From assembly GCA_048128005.1 (NCBI GenBank), contig JBEUKZ010000071.1, positions 372,001-436,000 of the forward strand: a DNA stretch of 64,000 bases, in the 5' to 3' direction. Below the pieces are notes generated by a model that was given only the letters and a program-made list of their open reading frames with translations, did not search any database and had not been told where the DNA came from. Positions 61,001 through 64,000 of this stretch are shown one piece after another (the stretch's first letter is position 1; the number at the start of each line of letters is the position of its first letter). The DNA comes from Veleropilina oligotropha (taxonomy: Eukaryota). A program made the position numbers and the translations under genes.

Positions 61001-61874
61001 GAAAGACGACCCTGCCCTCCAAGCCCTGAAAAGACGTATCCGTCTCCAGCCCGACAAAGTCCAGTGCGACGAGATGCGACGGACCCTCCCCAGCTGCCTC
61101 GGATGGGACCGGTTCGTCAACACCTGGAAGCCAGGCGACCTAATCCTCACAAGCCGTCAGAAGGTCCGCGAACGAGCTCAAGAGCTGTTGCTCCAGAGGC
61201 ACAAGGAGCACTTCCCAGACTCCATGGTGCCTATCCTGTACCACCCCAGGGACAGCAGAAAACAGAACATCATGGTAACCATTCCGGGCACCAGCGACAG
61301 AGAGGAGCTAGTTCTGAACGACGTCGTCGAGGTCACCATTGAGGCCGCTGAGCGGGCTATCCTGACCCCGGATTGGCGCCTGGGCTATGCCCTGACCATC
61401 CATTCGAGCCAGGGTCTTACGATTCACGACCCACAGAAAGTCTGGATCATCGACGACTACCTTCAGTGGAGTAATCTCGCCTACCTAGCCGTGTCCCGGG
61501 TGGAGCTGCTGCGTCAGCTCGAACGGGTAACCTGTCCACCGGATGAGGGTTCTGAGGACAAGCCCCGGCCCCAAACCGAGCAACAGCTCCGAAAGACCAT
61601 CCAGAAAAAGCTTGTGGCGTACAAACGCCAGGACCAGGCAACGGGACTCCCGGGGTTTAACCTCAAGGTCGACGACATCCTGCGGCTCAGAGAGGCCCAA
61701 AACAACCGCTGCGCAGCATGCAACATAGAGCTGCTCTGGGCATATTCCCCGAAGGACACACAGCAGTTCAGTGTCGACCGTGTGGACAACAGCAGGGGCC
61801 ACACCCGCGACAACGTGCGCTTAACGTGTCTGGAATGTAACCGGAAACGAGGATTTGCGGTTGTTAACGCCTGA
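58038..61874 (+). CDS. Intact 1278-aa replication protein: OTU-like region, divergent family-B DNA polymerase, SF1 (RecD/Pif1-like) helicase, HNH nuclease
   Basis: PolB-like IDMKSCYP, SIIGKF and VATDSIY; helicase GGGGCGKT, IIWDE, GDQGQPPP, YALTIHSSQGLT and YLAVSR; HNH RCAAC...SVDRVDNSRGHTRDNVRLTCLECN. Confidence 0.92.
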   Translation: MDDLRNLAKDYGIPARSKLKKHDLIRAIARVRAAEFRSRLERAMKTGRFPSIRGDVENPHKRGRRARELRQIKDEVDAALQARKYESQAEKNPRIRLKPLRAIADRIVKRSRKETLAHAIARKGPDLLISKTPRTAQDYQKDLLGQFTTPEGQRFIDLDDQVPPPVRLPAKEPWVELLSDAKDEFEVDGAAAAFSTWRVEVAGRLALDARMTDARAAQLLTALPKGEYVLRIKFLREWGEGDWVVEDKFDPVKAARKKGQGVFEISQDTKPGAITGVDKVYYENAYPVTAVVYGVYPLREPNPANLVPMKNGDLNCVAQRVVEHFEGALRGHGLTPTRRQKILEWEERVHVTGATVDDIATLEKILKRAITLRDIAGADIYNSGKYQASMWKSIELICHNGHAWSKDLHFPQSREVHLYEGDVWEAIRQATQNEPLAVWLLGGKDRQLGVDQFVLQDGRTYRTKEAHERLQEACTALGNESLADRAFGVNHAASIMAKETNGWKPTPAGLLDDIQKACVEHGHGGLWNSMNYDTGDVCCIDMKSCYPASFLGKGEAKPYFERFGHPTHSMTRVAINGPLPREIGTGFAEVVEWEFAQDIHPVIVAWFGKHFAEMSWAPTPLLAFLVDSGLLKSLKIREAIIAFKNQLDVWLPLDRDQGCSIIGKFTQGAKADGKRLTRRLVTDQGELDFLVRDTRQSGTLVGAPQRCPLGHILTYYDGSQPQYAHLRASMLAYAHINLLSMLKRFSAAEAVRVATDSIYLKKASLEKLDDVTVYVAPRLCGCRSQSCISCLIAEPYLPPVAPAQWRDKGEQLYMPQEHAAYLPKPEYCCAANSSQPSTAPCYNDTLTHHRLSYLNGGGGCGKTTRAIELFRARNPVVFTPTHRLAKEMRTRGVKAQTYHSFFRWSGQNDWTPDRMGQKFIPRVIIWDEVCTVPRHILEMFLDWLGRHEVQVICCGDQGQPPPITGEMPHDWLRKTADYYEEIEVDYRAKDDPALQALKRRIRLQPDKVQCDEMRRTLPSCLGWDRFVNTWKPGDLILTSRQKVRERAQELLLQRHKEHFPDSMVPILYHPRDSRKQNIMVTIPGTSDREELVLNDVVEVTIEAAERAILTPDWRLGYALTIHSSQGLTIHDPQKVWIIDDYLQWSNLAYLAVSRVELLRQLERVTCPPDEGSEDKPRPQTEQQLRKTIQKKLVAYKRQDQATGLPGFNLKVDDILRLREAQNNRCAACNIELLWAYSPKDTQQFSVDRVDNSRGHTRDNVRLTCLECNRKRGFAVVNA

Positions 61875-62862
61875 GAACCGGCGGCAGCTGGGTATCACGA
61901 GGCACCACGAGAAGTTCCTCACGAACGAAGCCACGCGGTGGTCCATCCAGCAAGTAGTAGAGCACAGGCTCGTCAGGCTTAGTGACGGAGCGTCCAAGCC
62001 TGTAAACTTTTAGAGACCACACCGGGTCAGTAGCACGGCGATGACCCCCCTCCAGCTCACCATCGTAGTAAAGGTAGCGAACATCTACGTCAGAGGGGAG
62101 TTTCTGTTCCTTCCCCTGTCGGCCTGGAACAGTGGCGCCTGGCTTTTGGGCAACGCGAGGTGCCTTGATGGCGTCCTTGGGCTTTTTACCGGTCAGCCTG
62201 GTCACTTCCCCATTCAAGGCCGCAACTACAGCTGCTAACCGGGCGACCCACTCAGTTGACCTTTGACCCTCTTTCGCAGACTCTGCAAACCGCATCTCTG
62301 TTGCATACTGGTGCCCGAAGAGCCGCTCAGCGAGCGTCCGGTTGAAGCGCTCCACAATGCCCTGATCGCGATGGATATCCACACGGCCACGCCTAACCTC
62401 GACGTTATTCTTTGCCAGCAGCTGGGAAACCGCGCCCATAAACTCTCGCCCTGGATCGACTTGAAGCAGTTTCGGCCAGCCAAGAGGACTCCGCCTGTAG
62501 ATTCGGGCTAGTGCTTCAGCAACCCCTTTGGCCTCTTTTGTGACCAGAGGCTCAGCCTCTTTAAAGCGACTGGCCACATCAACCACAGTCAAAGCGTACT
62601 TATAGGTCTTGTGTCTGACCTTGTCATGGGGGAGAAACAGGAGGTCGGCTTGGTGAACCTCGTTTGGCGTTACGACGTCGAATTTTGGTCTTGGAATCCG
62701 CCGTGGCGCAGGTAAATAGATCTGCCATATAGCCTGCCTCTTAAGCCATGTCCGGGCCTCCACTTCAGATGCCTTGGCAGCGTCAGCTAGTTTCTTTATC
62801 GCGGCAATGCCTTTCCAGTAGCCCTTAGGGCTGTAGTACATCCTCGCAAGCTTACTATCCAT
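61864..62862 (-). CDS. rve DDE integrase, 332 aa (copy 2), intact
   Basis: Same D-D-E motifs and length as copy 1. Confidence 0.95.
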   Translation of the reverse strand: MDSKLARMYYSPKGYWKGIAAIKKLADAAKASEVEARTWLKRQAIWQIYLPAPRRIPRPKFDVVTPNEVHQADLLFLPHDKVRHKTYKYALTVVDVASRFKEAEPLVTKEAKGVAEALARIYRRSPLGWPKLLQVDPGREFMGAVSQLLAKNNVEVRRGRVDIHRDQGIVERFNRTLAERLFGHQYATEMRFAESAKEGQRSTEWVARLAAVVAALNGEVTRLTGKKPKDAIKAPRVAQKPGATVPGRQGKEQKLPSDVDVRYLYYDGELEGGHRRATDPVWSLKVYRLGRSVTKPDEPVLYYLLDGPPRGFVREELLVVPRDTQLPPVLRR

Positions 62863-63076
62863 CAGCAATGTATTCCAGTAAACTGATCAGTCTCCAACAG
62901 GCTTCAGCTTCCGGAGCCGGTCGCTGCGCAGTGGTCGCCCGTAGGTTGGTCGGGCCCGAGAGCACCAGGACCGCGAACCGCACCATAGTCTTTTCGTCGC
63001 GGCGCCAGCAGTCGAGTAACGTAGTACTATAGCCGACCGCAAGCATAGCGCAGTACAGCTCTTCTGGGAGCCCCAT
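62855..63076 (-). CDS. Hypothetical small protein (copy 2)
   Basis: Homolog of 40243-40533. Confidence 0.65.
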   Translation of the reverse strand: MGLPEELYCAMLAVGYSTTLLDCWRRDEKTMVRFAVLVLSGPTNLRATTAQRPAPEAEACWRLISLLEYIADG

Positions 63077-63117
63077 TACTATACCTGGCACACGAAAAAA
63101 ATGCCCACTGGAAATAA

Positions 63118-63546
63118 TTAGGCGAGCTTGTAGGCGACCAACCCGGTCGCAGCCATCCCGAGGATGATGAAGGTGATCTCACGTCCCTTCTGGGCATCGC
63201 TCGGTGTGTAGTAGTCAGACAGGGCGGGCTCAGGGCCACCCCCCAGGTCGGGGTCAAGGTTCTTGCCGGTGATCAATGCATACTCACGGATCGCGGCGTC
63301 AACATCCCGGAATGTGCCAACGGCATGACCCTGGCGGCGAAGTTCAACGTTCAGCCAGTCGAGACGCTCTGCCCTCTGTTGTGACCATTTAGTCTGAGCA
63401 GCGTTGAGCTGTTCTACAGCAATGTCGTGGCGTTTACGCTCCGCATCGACACCGGAGCTGCGTAGCTTCGAGAAGAGGAAGTTGGAGCCGCTGAAGGCGA
63501 GGGCGTTGACGAGAGCGCCCCCAACCAGCATCGCAATGGAAGCCAT
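63118..63546 (-). CDS. 142-aa membrane protein (copy 2)
   Basis: Homolog of 39775-40203. Confidence 0.88.
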   Translation of the reverse strand: MASIAMLVGGALVNALAFSGSNFLFSKLRSSGVDAERKRHDIAVEQLNAAQTKWSQQRAERLDWLNVELRRQGHAVGTFRDVDAAIREYALITGKNLDPDLGGGPEPALSDYYTPSDAQKGREITFIILGMAATGLVAYKLA

Positions 63547-63577
63547 TGAAATGCTGCGATTATCTAGCAAGGTCCCA

Positions 63578-63817
63578 CTACTTCAATATATCGGCCGGAA
63601 TGATGCCTTGCTTGATCAGCATGTCTTTCGTCGCCATGGCGAGCGATACGTCGAGGACGACCATCCCGACATCGTACCCCGTGAAGTCCAGTTTGGGGCT
63701 CGCTCCCTTGAATACCATCTTTGTCAGGCGTGCGTAGCCTATGGCGAGGCCTGACACTATAGCGGCGTGGTATACAGCGTTGCCGAGCATCTTTCCATCA
63801 GTGATTGGGGTAGTCAT
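63578..63817 (-). CDS. 79-aa hydrophobic protein (copy 2)
   Basis: Homolog of 39505-39744. Confidence 0.88.
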   Translation of the reverse strand: MTTPITDGKMLGNAVYHAAIVSGLAIGYARLTKMVFKGASPKLDFTGYDVGMVVLDVSLAMATKDMLIKQGIIPADILK

Positions 63818-63853
63818 AACTGTTGAGTACTATAGAAATGCTACCGTTTGCGA

Positions 63854-64000
63854 CTATTGCATATGAAAAGGGTTCTGCTTCTTCAATTCGATAGTGGGGG
63901 CGGCCCGAGAGCACCGAGCGTCCGCGTCTGGTGGTTGTTGATGTGGTGTGGATGGACCAGGGTTGCTGCGTTCTGAGGACGTCTTCCAGACAACAAATAC
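63854..64000 (-). CDS. C-terminal part of the TM/Pro-rich protein (copy 2), truncated by the window edge
   Basis: Ends ELKKQNPFHMQ*, matching ELKNEHNPFHMR* in copy 1. Confidence 0.75.
   Translation of the reverse strand, partial: VFVVWKTSSERSNPGPSTPHQQPPDADARCSRAAPTIELKKQNPFHMQ

Larger units (their letters stand above)
56902..64000. mobile_element. Polinton/Maverick-like endogenous virus copy 2 (runs off the window), inverted relative to copy 1
   Basis: AGCAGC terminus, a TIR-homologous block at 57145-57336, and the same gene order as the right half of copy 1. Confidence 0.95.

Overview
AT-rich animal (probably invertebrate) genomic DNA. It carries the first three coding exons of a DGAT1 (diacylglycerol O-acyltransferase 1) gene on the + strand, at 5845-5945, 46916-47003 and 52747-52787. 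The very large introns are packed with nested transposons and minisatellites. The main finding is two related, GC-rich Polinton/Maverick-like endogenous DNA viruses. Copy 1 (30660-46023, 15,364 bp) is complete, with 193-bp terminal inverted repeats (AGCAGC...GCTGCT) and a 5-bp target-site duplication (CATAC). It encodes a putative major capsid protein, a penton-like protein, an A32-type packaging ATPase, an rve integrase and several membrane proteins. Its unusual ~1280-1295 aa replication protein joins an OTU-like segment, a divergent family-B polymerase, an SF1 helicase and an HNH nuclease. Copy 2 (56902 to beyond 64000) is a diverged relative in the opposite orientation with an intact replication gene. 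It is inserted into the 3' LTR of a retroelement whose two LTRs are identical over the visible 336 bp, which implies recent activity. A 63-bp in-frame tandem repeat multiplies the DGAT1 exon-2 splice donor five times. All protein family calls come from motif recognition by eye, not database searches.
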